Positions 24,429 through 36,829 of a stretch of 64,000 nucleotides of DNA are shown piece by piece. Both the position numbers and the translations under genes were made by a program. The stretch lies in assembly GCF_018350175.1 (NCBI RefSeq), contig NC_058368.1, positions 20,772,001 to 20,836,000 of the forward strand, read 5' to 3'. Source of the stretch: Felis catus. Taxonomy: Eukaryota. The notes below the pieces were generated by a model. That model did not search any database. It saw only the letters and a list, made by a program, of their open reading frames with translations, and was not told the origin of the DNA. Each line of letters opens with the position of its first letter. Position 1 is the stretch's first letter.

Positions 24429-27400
24429 TAGGTAGAAAAGTTTTGCTTGTGGGTTGCTTGAGCTGAACCATCCCCAAGTAGGAACATTCTATGCATTTTC
24501 TGCTTCACATTTAATTATTTGTAACAGACAGCCAAGAGATGCTTATGATCCATATTCCCAGCACCTAACACCATTCCTGACATACAGTGTAGTGCCTAAT
24601 AAATATTTGTTGAATCAATGAATATGGAAAAATGAAACCAAGCATTTGAAATATTATGCTACGTTTCTTTCAGCTCTGACTCCACGCTAATGAGTGAGGG
24701 AGGTCACTGGAAGAGTGTGAGGGCCATCGTGGGTTTCAAATTTCAGCAACCAGTGCCAAATCCTTAATGCCAGATGGGAAAAGATGGGATGTTAAACCGC
24801 TTCTTATTACCACGTTGTTGGCCTCGATTGCCTCGGTATTATTCTCCAATTGCTTCGTCTCTATGGATCTCTGACTCCTTATTACCTCCAATTGGAATGC
24901 CCCACAAATCATCCTGCTTTCTTTATCCTCTCTCACCTCAAAGTAATCCTGTCATCTTGCTCCAGTTAGAGCTGTTTCTATTAAGAGGATCGTGGCAAAG
25001 TCTCTCCCTACCCCCGTTTGCTCTTCAGGAAAATTATCCTCGAGTTAAGTGGATGTTACAGACACTTTTCAGAATGTATTCAGTCTGAATTTCTCCTGCC
25101 TTCCAACATTCTCCTGAGCCAGTTACCTTTGCATTTGACTAGAAATACATTTAAGGAGATAGAGGATCTGAATTTCTTCCTTTGAGCAGATGGAAATCGT
25201 TACATTAGAATGCTGATGACTGGAAAATCTTGGACATATTGTTTTCACAATTAGGAGATGGCAAACACACAGTTCTCCAGTGCAAAGCCAGCATGCAAGT
25301 TCAGCTTCCATTTGCTGCTATAAATTTTGTTCTTGTTGCTGCCAGTAAACACCAACTGTTCAAGGAAAATAGTAAATCCAAATGTGCGTGTTGGATGAGA
25401 GTAAAAAAATATTATATGCAGCATAAATGCTGATGCGAATGGATTTTTCAATGCACTAAACCAGGGAAGGGAAAGGAACAGGGGAAGGTGAACTGAACAC
25501 GACTCTAAGAACTTTTTCGTTGAAAGCACTGAAAAAGCTCCCAAGGAAATGCTGATTCAACATACCGCTTAGACGTCAAGGAGAAAATAAACGCAGAATT
25601 TGGGATATAAGCCTTAGGGTGGACCTACTTGGAGCCCTTGTATAGGTTACCAGAGAGAGCATACACAGGCTTGTGTAAATCAGGGAAAAGAAAAATCCCA
25701 AAGTTTACTCAGAACCAATGGGTGCACACGGTCCAGAAATTATTTGCTAGTGATCAACCTAACAGTTGAAAGTCAAAGTCAGTAGCTAGTGCAATCCGTA
25801 ATACCAGGATTTGGTCACTTTCTATTTCACAGATTACTTTGACGCTGATCAACAGATGTTTGTACTCAGGTCTCTCAGGAATTTAGTTTAATGTGCAACT
25901 AGATTTATGGTTCAAGGGGATAGTTTCATAAATGATTTGAAGTTTAGCTTTGAATTGCATAATTTTGTCATGGATTTCCCATTTTTTCTGGGATGCCGAA
26001 GAAAACCTGTGAATCCGAAGTTAGCTGACCTGAGCTCTAGGCCCTGGTCTGATCCTTATACCCCTGAGTCTCCTATCTCATGGGAGCAACAATGCTCACC
26101 CCACTGGATTGTTGTGAAGGTTACATGAGATAATACACGTTAAATGTCTGGCACAAGCCCTAAACATAAAAGGTCCTTAATAATAATATTAGTTCCACTC
26201 CCAGATGAGACTTTGCAAACAAACAATTTGAAAAACAGAACGTTCAAGTCAATTCTTTAACGTGATGAGGCTCCGGGCCAAGAACCAAGCAGTAAAGATG
26301 TTCCAAACCAGAATATTTCAGGACCCGAGAATGGCTAGGCCTTATCTTCACGGCTAAAATAAGCAATTTTAATGTAAAGCAGTCTTTCCTTCTTCTTTTC
26401 TTTCTTTCTCTTTTCCCCGCTTTTTGCTTCTTCATGGAAGGGAAAGCATTTTCAGAATAATGGATAAAATCTGTCCTTTGTAGATCTGAGAACATGGGCA
26501 GGTTTCATACTGAAGTCAAGATCTACTGAAAGTGATGGATATATGAGGACCAGACGCTGCTCTCAAAAATAAAACAGACGTTGGTGTTGTGAATGCTTGG
26601 GAAGCCAAACGTGAAGATATGAGGCCAGAGCCAAATGTTTGATTTATTTGTGTCACTGAATAAATTGATATATCTGGTGTAACTGGTCAAATTACTTTTG
26701 TTTAAATGTTCACATGTCTCAGTGTTGTAGTAGTATAGTCAATGTTTCTAAGAGTAGGAAAAAATACCAATGGTGGTAAATATATGTGCTCAGAGAAAAA
26801 GAAACTGTTTATTCCCAGACCCCAGATTTATAGCAGTTTTTATACATATAGGAAAGTGTTGGTTTCTCCTTATGGTTACTTCTGAACATGTGTAAATTAT
26901 CAGAGTCTGTGTTCATTTATTTCCACAAAAAATAATGCCAGCAGAGCCTCAGCTAAGCCAAGTTGAGCCTTTCTGGGTGGGTTGTGGAAAACGTAGGCCA
27001 ACTCGGGGCAAGGCAAGCCCATGAGATAGGAAGTATAAAATAGTAATAAATAGCCTTAAAAACATTCTCCTTTGGAGGAGACATCCCACTAATATCTTAC
27101 ATGAATAGATAAGAAGAGACACATGGATTTTGTGTATGACACAGTGAGAAAACCAAGGGGCTCTCTCGGAATGACTAATCCAGCTTGAATTGAAACCTTA
27201 ATGAAGGAAGCTGGTTTCGATTCAGAGAAGCTTGGGATTGGAAGGAAAATGTCAAGACCAACCCCATGAATCTGATGCCTCGATCTCCCTTATACTGTTC
27301 GGGCAGAGAGATCACCCAATTGACCCTTGAAATGAGCGATCACCCCCTTTAAAGCAGGCTATCCTATCTTTGAATAATATTATTAAAAAAGGCTTTCTTA

Positions 27401-27534
27401 TTCTGCACCAAGGCCTTTTTTTGTTTTCTATAATTTCTACTTGTTGGTCCTCTTTCTGCTATTCAGGGTCATACCCAGGCAGAACACCACTTTCTGTGGC
27501 AATAAGAGTTCCAAACATTAAGGCAAGGGTCACA

Positions 27535-27662
27535 GGGGCACCTGGCTGGCTCAGGCGGTAGAGCATGCAACTCTTGATCTCGGGGTTGTGAGTTCGAGCC
27601 CCACATTAGGGGTAGAGTTTACTTAAAGATAATAATAACAACAACGGCAACAACAACCGTAG
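27535..27662 (+). mobile_element. Short Can-SINE (tRNA-like head only, no CT tract)
   Basis: GGGGCACCTGGCTGGCTCAGGCGGTAGAGCATG...GTTCGAGCCCC; (AAT/AAC)n tail; perfect 14-bp TSD AGGCAAGGGTCACA at 27521-27534 and 27663-27676. Confidence 0.92.
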
Positions 27663-27676
27663 AGGCAAGGGTCACA

Positions 27677-27970
27677 AATTAGCGTATGTAGTAATTTTAA
27701 ATAATTATAAGTTAGGTGCTGACATTTGAAAATGGGAAATTACCAATAAAAATCCATATTTTCAACTCTCTTCAAACTTTGGAAACTCTAGGAGCAATGA
27801 GCCTACATTCCCGAATGGTAATAATTTGCTAAGTTGAGCAGCAAAGGCTGCTTTTAGACAAGGAATGTGCTTGCTTATCTACCACAGTCCTCACCACTCC
27901 CTACTGCATTGTTGCTTCTTTTACTGATATTCGACTGGCCTCTGAGATGTTTGTATTTGTAGTTCCTACC
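27677..27970. mobile_element. hAT-Charlie-type fossil (MER102-like)
   Basis: AAAAATCCATATTTTC...CCTACATTCCC...CCACAGTCCTCACCACTCCCTA resembles a remembered MER102-type consensus. Confidence 0.4.
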
Positions 27971-28489
27971 GTGTCGTCTTAAGGCTTTTTTTGTTTCAGG
28001 AGATTTATCTCCAGTTCCTTCTTTTTCCCCTTTGCAGGATGAACCTCCAGTATGCCTGAAATCAAGACCTGCTGAGCAATGCTACACGTGGGAAACTGAC
28101 ATTAGACTTACTCAATCTCACCATCAATCCTCAGTGATGTGCTGGGGTAAACATGTTGCTAGGGACTTTTGAGTCACTCAGATGGGTAAGGGTGGGGTGT
28201 GGATGGAGGAGGTTATGAACAACATGAGAAAACGCAAAAGTATAGCCTTTCATGCCTGCCGAAGGCCTGATTCCAGAAAGTTGCTCTTACTTGTAGCTCT
28301 GAGTTCTCACAAGGACTAGAGCATGTGGGAAACCAGTACCCACAACCAAGAACATGCTGTGTGGTCTTCTGCTTTCTGTAGTTGCCTCCATGATGTCCAA
28401 TTTCTTTCTATTAAAGAAAAGTTATATCCGCGGTGTCTTTCGGTGTCTTACTGTTAATTGCATCATCATCTTCCATGTGCTGAACGAGG

Positions 28490-28720
28490 GGCCAGTGCCT
28501 GATTTTGAATCCCAGAACCTCCACTGACTAGCTGAGTGACCTTGGGAAAGTTACTGAATATCTCAGAACCTCAGTTTCTCCGTTCAAAAAACAAGGCTAG
28601 AAATAGGTAGCTCCTACATCATAGGTGTTGTGAGAAACACATGAGATCATGTCCATAAGGGGTACAGTGTAGCCACTGGTTTATATTAGTCACTCACTGT
28701 TGAGTATTCATTGCTACTCA
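28490..28720 (+). mobile_element. MIR SINE fossil
   Basis: TTGAATCCCAG...CCACTGACTAGCTGAGTGACCTTGGGAAAGTTACTGAATATCTCAGAACCTCAGTTTC. Confidence 0.8.
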
Positions 28721-28739
28721 GATATCATTCTTCTACAAT

Positions 28740-29205
28740 GTAGCGGTCAGCTTTCAGGGCACCATAGCCTCTTCCATATCTGTGCATTCTGGATCAACTT
28801 CCAATTTCCAGAACTTGTGATTCTTGCCTGGGGGGTTTCTCCGAAACCCATTTTTTTTTTTTTTCTGTCCCTTTACAGTCATGGGAAGCTGGAAGTGCTG
28901 GGTTGTTAACAACCCTTCTCTCTACCAATGATGGATACGAGTTGGTGGATCAGTACCCTAGCAGCCTCACCCTTAGGAAGGGAGAACTCTTAAAAGTGTG
29001 CCCTGAATGATCTACAGGGTTGCTTCAGTGTATTTAGCTCCAGCTGCTTATAACTATCATAACTTGTTTGACGGTGTTCCCTTTATTAACACACTTGTCC
29101 CCATTTCATTTCTCCACTCCCTTACCAGTATTTCCTGGGGTCGACTCCACAATAAATGACTTGCACTCAAAAACGTATCTCAGCACCTGCTTCTGGGAGA
29201 AGCAT
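28740..29205 (+). mobile_element. LTR16-like ERVL solo LTR
   Basis: GAGTTGGTGGATCAGTACCC...CCCTTACCAGTATTTCCTGGGG...AATAAATGACTTGCACTCAA...TCTCAG...CTGCTTCTGGG. Confidence 0.65.
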
Positions 29206-29567
29206 CAATTATGGATTTGGATGGGATATGGGTAGACTGAGTTTTGTAGTATCACTAGCATTTTTGAAAGATATTTGAGCACTCACGCAGTATCTCTTTT
29301 TTGGGGAACCCACACAAAAATGTTAATTCTTAACCCAGTGGACTCAGTTCCCAGGGAAGAAGGTATAACATTTGGCACATGGCCACGGTATCCTTTGCTC
29401 CTATTATATATTACCCCAAAGCTGCCAGCCTGATAGACAACTAGAATGGTGTTTAAAAGGTGCAACTAAGGTGCCAGCCTGAAGATGACGTCTGCAGGGT
29501 TTCAGCACTGCCATTCAAAATGTAATAAACCATCTGAATCAACAGCCATTGAAATCACAATACCCTT

Positions 29568-29785
29568 GGGGCGCCTGGGTGGCTCAGTCGGTTGGGCGTC
29601 CGACTTCGGCTCAGATCATGATCTCGCGGTCCGTGAGTTCAAGCCCCGCGTCGGGCTCTGTGCTGACAGCTCAGAGCCTGGAGCCTGCTTCAGATTCTGT
29701 GTCTCCCTCTCTCTCTGACCCTCCCCCGTTCATGCTGTCTTTCTCTGCCTCAAAAATAAAATAAACGTTAAAAAAAATTAAAAAA
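29568..29785 (+). mobile_element. Feline Can-SINE
   Basis: Consensus head and body; TSD aaatcacaataccct / aaatcataataccct. Confidence 0.95.
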
Positions 29786-32318
29786 AAATCATAATACCCT
29801 CAATAGGAAGAATTCATGGGGTCAAGAACCAAGGGGTGGGTGCAAATGTGTTTCCTGATACTGACATTTGCTGTGATCCACTTGGGGAAATTTGTTTTCT
29901 GTCCCACAGGGCCAGGGTCTGTTAGACTAAATGTTCTGGTTTCTAGTTGGGGCATGGAGAGATCTGCCTGGGGCCCAGCCACTCTTTTGGGAGGAGGGCA
30001 TTACACAAGTCCTAAAGCAATGGCTGCTATCTCATCATTTTGGGTTCATCAAGCCAGTAGAGTAGCAGGCAAAGAAGTTACACTATTATCACAAAGAGGT
30101 AGACTTCTCCCTACATTATAGAGGCATGAGGGAGCCTTCCTAGATCTCAGAGACATTTACTGGAATGTCTCCAGGTGCTTCCATATGTGGTACTGATTGA
30201 ATGAACAGTTACAGAAACCATGTGGTGGTTGTTCTGGAATGAGATTCAGCTTGTCTCTATGGGTCCTTGAGGCAAAGTTACTTGGGAACCTCAGACCCCT
30301 CAGACATGAAGGTCTGGTATCGTCAATATCAATTATGACCTAGGGACAAGTTCTGTGTAGGGATCATAGCCTAGGTCCCAATCCTTCTGTTGTAATTTTC
30401 TTCCTTTTTAAAATGTAAACAACCACTCCCTTAAGAATCAGTGACAAAACAGATTGAACTTAAATGGGGTGTGAGTGGATTTGAGTGGAGCCAGGGTGAA
30501 CTATTACGGATACTGTCAATGCCTCATTCATCTCCCCTCAGCCCTGGCTAGTTCAACTTCCAGCACCTTCCAGAATTTGCCACACTTCAGTGGACAGGCA
30601 CTGCCAGAGCGAAGCCATAAACAGATCATATTTTTCCCCTTTGCTCAACCTGAGTTCCAGGCTCCTGTAGCTTTTAGCCTATCTAGAGGTCACAAATGCA
30701 AATGCTTCCTTCTAAGACCAGGCCAACAACTTGAATAAAACCGGTGGGGTCCGATGTAAACCCAAAGGACCAGGATTGGTCTCCAAAGTCTCTACCCCAC
30801 CAGTCACAGCCATTCAGTGGGTGTGTTGTATTTTCCTTTCTGGAGTGTGTGTGTGTGTTGTATTATGTGTGTTATACGAAAGACTCAGTTTGGTCTGGAG
30901 CTAGCGAGGGAAAATGGGGCACCAAACTGAGTATCGGGAGGCTTAATTAGCAGCACCACTTGTGACTAAAGTGGCAGTTTGGCTTTGAGAAATGCCAGCT
31001 CTTGAGGGCTCGTTTACTCATCAATGAAAGGAGGTGGTTGGACCAATCACCCTCTCATTTTCTTTTTTCCCTAGACGGTATAGTGTTCCGTCCCAAATTT
31101 CGAAGGTGTCCTCCAAAAACAAAACCTGCAACCTTGCCTTTCCATTAGACAGAAGGGGCATTCATCATGGGGATAACCACAGCTTCCAATGGAACTGAAA
31201 GTTTAGGAAATAAGGCACCCCTCCCCCATACTCACCTAGTACTATCACCAATTAACTGCCACAAAGCCAAGTTTAACTAAGGGTAAATTGTTGGTGGTTA
31301 CAGTGGCATGGGAGTCACATAGACTAGACACCCCAAACTCTCTCCACAGGAATCTGGGAGGGGTCGTGGTTTCTTCCAGGCCCTTCTTGTATGGCGAATT
31401 AGCGACCACATTAGGTGGCTTCTAGTCAATGAGAAAGATGTATTTTAGTAATTTCAAAAAGTTAACTAGTCTCTGCTCTTTAGTATGCGACTTTACTTGA
31501 GCAAAAGTTCCCGAAAGGCAGCCCTCTGAGCTGCTGTCAGTCCTCTGTGGATAAAGCCTGAACTACAGATGGTGGATACAGTCTGGTGTGGAGCATCTTA
31601 TAATAATCTCTGTAAGTAAGTCCTCTACCAACTCAGAGATTCTGACTCCAGATGGGGTGTGGAATGATCAGCGTGGGCCAACATGGGCCAAACCCAGTTT
31701 CAGAGAAACTGCTTCATGAGAATATCTTTTCTAATGGGAGATGGAGGAAAAGGTAAGATACGGGAGCCGGAAGCTCAGCGAGGGAGCACTTGTTCCACTT
31801 ACTGATACGAAGAGCTGCACCAGAGGCATCATGGGCGCTTACCATCCACGGATAAGATAAAATCTTCCCTACCTCTAGAAGACCTCAAAGAGTGCCTTAT
31901 GTGTTCTCGTGTGCCTGTCAATTACTTTTTCCATGTACCTTCTGCCATTATCTTCCTCTTCCGCTCCAGCAGCCCCTTGCTCAAGTCCATAGCTTAGATA
32001 GCCTCAAATGCCATGAAACCGTTGGCTTTGCTGATGGGACCATCAAGAAAATACTAATGTTCACACCAGGCTGCTGCCTCTCAAAGGCCCCAAAGCCACT
32101 GGTCCTCAAGGAGTCAGAGGAGCGCTGAGCTCCCTGAAGAATGGGGATAGTACCTCTCTGCCCAGCATTGCTCTTGGTCACATGGATCCCACAGTAGGGC
32201 CACGTGTGCACAAAGGGTAGGTGGTCTCGGAGTCTCTCGTGAGGCAAGCTCAGTGATTTTCTGGCCTTAACCTGTCTCTCAACATAGTCACTAGTTGTAT
32301 GTAATAAATCCCAGGAAA

Positions 32319-32558
32319 GGGACACCTAGATAGCTCACTCGGTTAAGCGTCTGACTTCAGCTTAGACCATGATCTTGCGGTTCTTGAGTTCGAGCTCTGT
32401 GTGGGACTCTATGCTTGACATCTTGGAACCTGGAGTCTGGTTTGGATTCTGTGTCTCCCTCTCTTTGTCTCTACACCACTCGTGCGCACATGCACGCACA
32501 CACACTTTCTCTCTCAAAAGTAAACATTTAAAAATAAAACAATAAAATTGTTTTTTAA
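32319..32558 (+). mobile_element. Can-SINE, diverged
   Basis: Degenerate head, GGATTCTGTGTCTCCCTC body; TSD core cccaggaaa on both sides. Confidence 0.88.
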
Positions 32559-32907
32559 AAAACCCAGGAAAAATAGATAACTTACTCTTTCCATTCTCTC
32601 AATTTCTCCTTTCATCACAGAAAATAAAACACAAGGATAATCTCCCTCCTCCTTCAGTCAACACAAAATCTTTGATATTCATTAACCCCTGTAAGTGGAC
32701 AAGATTCCCTTCTATAAGCAATAGTGATATTCACCCTGGTCTGGGTTTCACTCACCCCCCAAAATCCCAGAAAGTCCCAGAAGATTGGAAGACAGCGGAT
32801 TCTCAGAGACTTCTTGGTTCAACTCTTTAACCTTTGAGATAAAACCCAGAGAGGTGAGAATCTTGCCTATCATCTCACAGGTCTTTCCTGGGTCTCTTGA
32901 AGTCTTG

Positions 32908-32924
32908 TTTAATGTTGATTTAGT

Positions 32925-32966
<42 letters not shown>

Positions 32967-33140
32967 CGAGCGAGCATGGCAGGGGAGGAGCAGAGTGAGA
33001 GGGAGACACAGAATCTGAAGCAGGCTCCAGGATCTGAGCTGTCAGCACAGAGCCTGACACAGGGTTCAAACCCACAGACCACAAGATCATGACCTGAGCA
33101 GAAGTTGGATGCTTAACTGACTGAGCCACCCAGGTACCCC
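32908..33140 (-). mobile_element. Can-SINE
   Basis: (GA)n tract then ...CTGAGCCACCCAGGTACCCC (reverse-complement head). Confidence 0.92.
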
Positions 33141-33244
33141 TGGCAGACCTCAAAGATTCTTAAAGGGCAAATGCCTCCTGCTTCTTGGAAGCTCAGCTGG
33201 CCGTTAGAATTCAAGGTTTTGTTTGGGTAATAAATACTTAGCCT

Positions 33245-33360
33245 ATTTTTTTTCCTTCAGTTTTATTGAGCTATAATTGATGAACAGCACTATGTAAGTT
33301 TAGGTGTACCCCATAATTACTTGACCTGCATGTATTGTGAAATGGTTACCACAATAAGGG
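33245..33360 (-). mobile_element. L1 (L1MA/L1_Carn-type) 3'-end fragment
   Basis: T-run then CAGTTTTATTGAGCTATAATTGA...GTAAGTTTAGGTGTAC...TGTGAAATGGTTACCACAAT. Confidence 0.65.
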
Positions 33361-33379
33361 GTTCAGCTTTGTAACTGTT

Positions 33380-33588
33380 ATTATTTTTTTAATGTTTATT
33401 TTTAAGAGAGAGAGAGAGAGAGAGACAGAGAGTGAGTGGAGGAGGGGCAGAGAGAGAGGGAGACACAGAATCCAAAGCACAAATCCAAATCCATCCAAAG
33501 ATGGAACCCAAACTTCCATCTCATGAACCGTAAGATCATGACCTGAGCTGAAGTCAGACACTCAACCAACTGAGCCACCCAGGTGCCC
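33380..33588 (-). mobile_element. Can-SINE with internal replacement scar
   Basis: Reverse head CTGAGCCACCCAGGTGCCC; TSD agctttgtaactgtt / agctttgttaactgtt; middle segment is non-consensus. Confidence 0.9.
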
Positions 33589-33729
33589 AGCTTTGTTAAC
33601 TGTTTGGACCCAAAAAAGGCTACACAGATTTTAAAACAGTCTTGAAGACCAAGTGTAATGAGATTGATTCTTGGCTTAAAAAATCTCTACGAAGTATGAA
33701 GTGTCCAATTCTTTTTGCCCATTTTTACC

Positions 33730-33916
33730 GGGTGGCTCAGTTGGGTAAGCGTCTGACTCTTGATCTCGGCTCAGGTCATGATCTTACAGTTCATGAGATG
33801 GAGCCCTGTGTCAGGCTCTGAGTTGACAGTGTAGATCCTGCTTAGGATCCTCTCTCTCTTTCTCTTCCCCTCTCCCACTCATTCTCTCTCTCTCAAAATA
33901 AATAAACTTTAAAAAA
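33730..33916 (+). mobile_element. Can-SINE, 5' end replaced
   Basis: Begins at GGGTGGCTCAG (the first consensus bases are missing), CT tract, AATAAATAAA tail. Confidence 0.9.
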
Positions 33917-34816
33917 ATCCATGAATGCCTCTAAAAAATAACTCGTGAGGTTATTTTTTCCCTTAGTATCAAAGAAATACATATTCATCACAGGAGATTT
34001 AGAAAACCTGGGGAAAAAAATTGTCCACAATCTCACTGCCACTGGATAATAATAATCATTTGCCTCTTGGCATATTGACTCTTCTGGTCTTCATACCTCT
34101 CTCTCATCATCTCCAAAAAGGAAATAAATACCCTTGTTATCTGACATTCTTACCATATAATGATCACATTTTCATATCATCAAATATTCTTTTACGGCAA
34201 GATAGCATTTCATTACATGGATACATCAAAGCTTATTTAATATTTCTACCCTCAGTTCCTCTATCACCAGCAGGACTGGTGAACATTATGGTTATTTCCA
34301 ATTTTTTAGAATTGTAAACTTTGTGGCCAATAACTCCTTTCTAGAAAAATCACTTAAGATTCTTTCCTTAGAATAAATTCCTAGAAATGGAAGCTGGGCC
34401 AAAGAGGACTAAAAATCTTAAGGCTTATGGTTCAAGATGTGTCTTCTGACAATAGTCATTGACTGAAAAGGCTAAGGGAAGATGAGCAGATACTGGCTTC
34501 TCTCGGTGGCTGGATTTGAGTCTGCAACTGTGCACCTGCTCATGTATCATGGCTCTAACTCCCCCTTCTTAAGTCAGGTTTATTGAGGTGTAATTTGCAT
34601 ACCGTAAAACTCACCCTCTTTTGGTACACAGTTCTATAAATTCGGAAAAACACATACAGTTGTGTAAGCACCACCATGATCAAGATACAGAACATTTCCA
34701 GCCCCAGAAAGTTCTCTCATCCCACTGCAGATCCTGGCAGCCACTCCTCCTCCCTCAGGTTTTCCTTTTACATACAGCATGTTATTTAAGTAGAGTAATA
34801 GAGCAGGTAGATTTTT

Positions 34817-35051
34817 TTCTTAAGTTTTTTTAAATGTTTATTTTTGAGAGAGAGACAGATAGAGACAGAGTGAAAGTGGGCGGGGGGGGGGGGGGGGTGG
34901 GAGAGAGAGAGGGAGACACAGAATCCGAAGCAGGCTCCAGGCTCTGAGCTGTCAGCCCAGAGCCCGATGCGGGGCTCAAACTCAGCAACTGTGAGATCAT
35001 GACCCGAGCTGAAGTCGGATGCTCAACCGACTGAGCACCCCCAGGGCCCCC
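34817..35051 (-). mobile_element. Feline Can-SINE
   Basis: Perfect 16-bp TSD GAGCAGGTAGATTTTT at 34801-34816 and 35052-35067; long internal G-run. Confidence 0.95.
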
Positions 35052-35121
35052 GAGCAGGTAGATTTTTAAGTCTGACTTTTTTTCACTTCACACAATGCAT
35101 TTGAGTTCATCTATGATGTTA

Positions 35122-35343
35122 TTTTTTTTTTTTTAAGAGAACGTTTATTTGAGAGATAGAGAGCGTGTAAACACAAGTGCACGCGCACACACACACAAGC
35201 CGGGGAGGGACAGAGAGAGAGAGGAGACTGAGGATCCAAAGCAGGCTCTGGGCTAATGGCTTGAACTCTTGAACTCACGGACCATGAGATCATGACCTGA
35301 GAGGAAGTCCAACACTTAACCAACTGAGCCACCCAGGCGCCCC
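35122..35343 (-). mobile_element. Can-SINE
   Basis: Reverse head CTGAGCCACCCAGGCGCCCC; degenerate TSD atctatgatgtta / atctgtgttgtta. Confidence 0.92.
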
Positions 35344-36829
35344 AATCTGTGTTGTTACCTTAATCACTAGTTCATTTCTCCTTATTTCTGAGTCATAGTC
35401 TATTGTATCAATGCACAGAGTTTATTTATCCGATCACTAGGTGGTGGTTATTTGGGTTGTTTCTGGTTTGGGGAGCATGTTTTCATTTCTCTTAAGTACT
35501 CAAATGTTCAGTTGTGTAAGTGACATTTAACTCCTTCAGGAAATGTTAAATATTCTCCGTAATTCTGTACCATTTTGCATTACTACAAGGCATGCATGAG
35601 AGTTTTGATGGCTCTACATTCTTAATCAATTCTTGATCTTACAGTGTTTAAATTTTAGCCAGCAAATAGGTGTGTATTAGTATTTTGTTGTGACTTTAAT
35701 TCGCATTTCCTTAATGAGTAATGTTAAGCATCTTTTCCTTTGTTCATTAGCCATCCGTATATCTTCTTCGGTGAAGTGCCCAATTCCTTTGCCCATTTTA
35801 CTGGGTTATTTTGATTCTTATTTGTCAGAATTCTTTATATATTGTGGATACAAGTATTTTAATAATAAATGTGTTTGGGAAATATTTTCCCCAGTCTGTG
35901 ACTTGCTTGTTTGTTTTCCTTTCTTAATTGTGTCTTTCAAAGAGCATAATTTTTAATTTTGATGAAGTCCTCCTTACCATTGTTTTAATAATCATTTTTG
36001 TGTCCCAGTTAAGAAAGTTTTGCCTTACTCATGGCTGCAAAGACATTTTCCCTATATTTTCCTCTAGAATTTCATAATGTTAGGTCTTATATGAGTCTAA
36101 GTTTCATTTTGAGTTGGTTTTTGTATTATGTTGCAAAATATGGATCGAGGCCTGTGATTTTACATAGGTATCCAAATTTCAACACAATCTGTTAAAAAAC
36201 CATCTGTCCTTTATTGAATGTCCTTGGTTTCTTAGCGTTTGGAGATTTTGAATGAAGTTGCCACATATTTGTGCATTTCTTTTGGATTCTATTATTCTAT
36301 CCCACTGGTTTGGTTTGTATTTTATCCTTTTATAGATAGACACACTCCTGATTACTGTAGCTTTATAGCAAATTCTGAAGTCAACTTTGTCCTTTTTCAA
36401 AATTGTTTTTACCTCCGTTTTTTTTGTTTTGTTTTGTTTTTTGTTTTTTTGTGTGTGTCCGTGAGTGTAGTTTTTTTATTTCTTTGTTGTTTTTGCTTTC
36501 CCATACAAGTTTTAGAACCAGCTTGGTGATTTCTAAAAAAAACAAAGGCAAACAAAAAACCCCCAGCTCGCTGGTATTTTGATTGGGATTACTTTGAATC
36601 CACATATCAATTTGGGAAGGACTGACATCTTAATAATATTGAGTCTTTCTGGCCACCTTTCGACGCCAGGTTATTTCTTCTACTCTGGATTATGAAACCA
36701 GTCATCCAAGTGACTGCTTTTCTTATACCACCTGGCCTCATGATTGGATCTGCACAAACATAGCTATTGGCAGAAAATTCAGATTGACTCTAAACCCTAC
36801 AGGGCATAGAATCGCCTCCATGGTATATT

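Larger units (their letters stand above)
34570..36650 (-). mobile_element. Old L1M (L1MB/L1ME-type) fragment with two nested SINEs
   Basis: GGTTTATTGAGGTGTAATTTGCATAC 3' end; TGTACCATTTTGCATT, CATTTCCTTAATGAGTAATGTTAAGCATCTTTTC, GATTACTGTAGCTTTATAG, ATCAATTTGGGAAGGACTGACATCTT are antisense L1M motifs. Confidence 0.85.

Noticed and set aside
27535..27610. tRNA gene
   Set aside because: The TSD, A-rich tail and Can-SINE head show it is a retroposed SINE.
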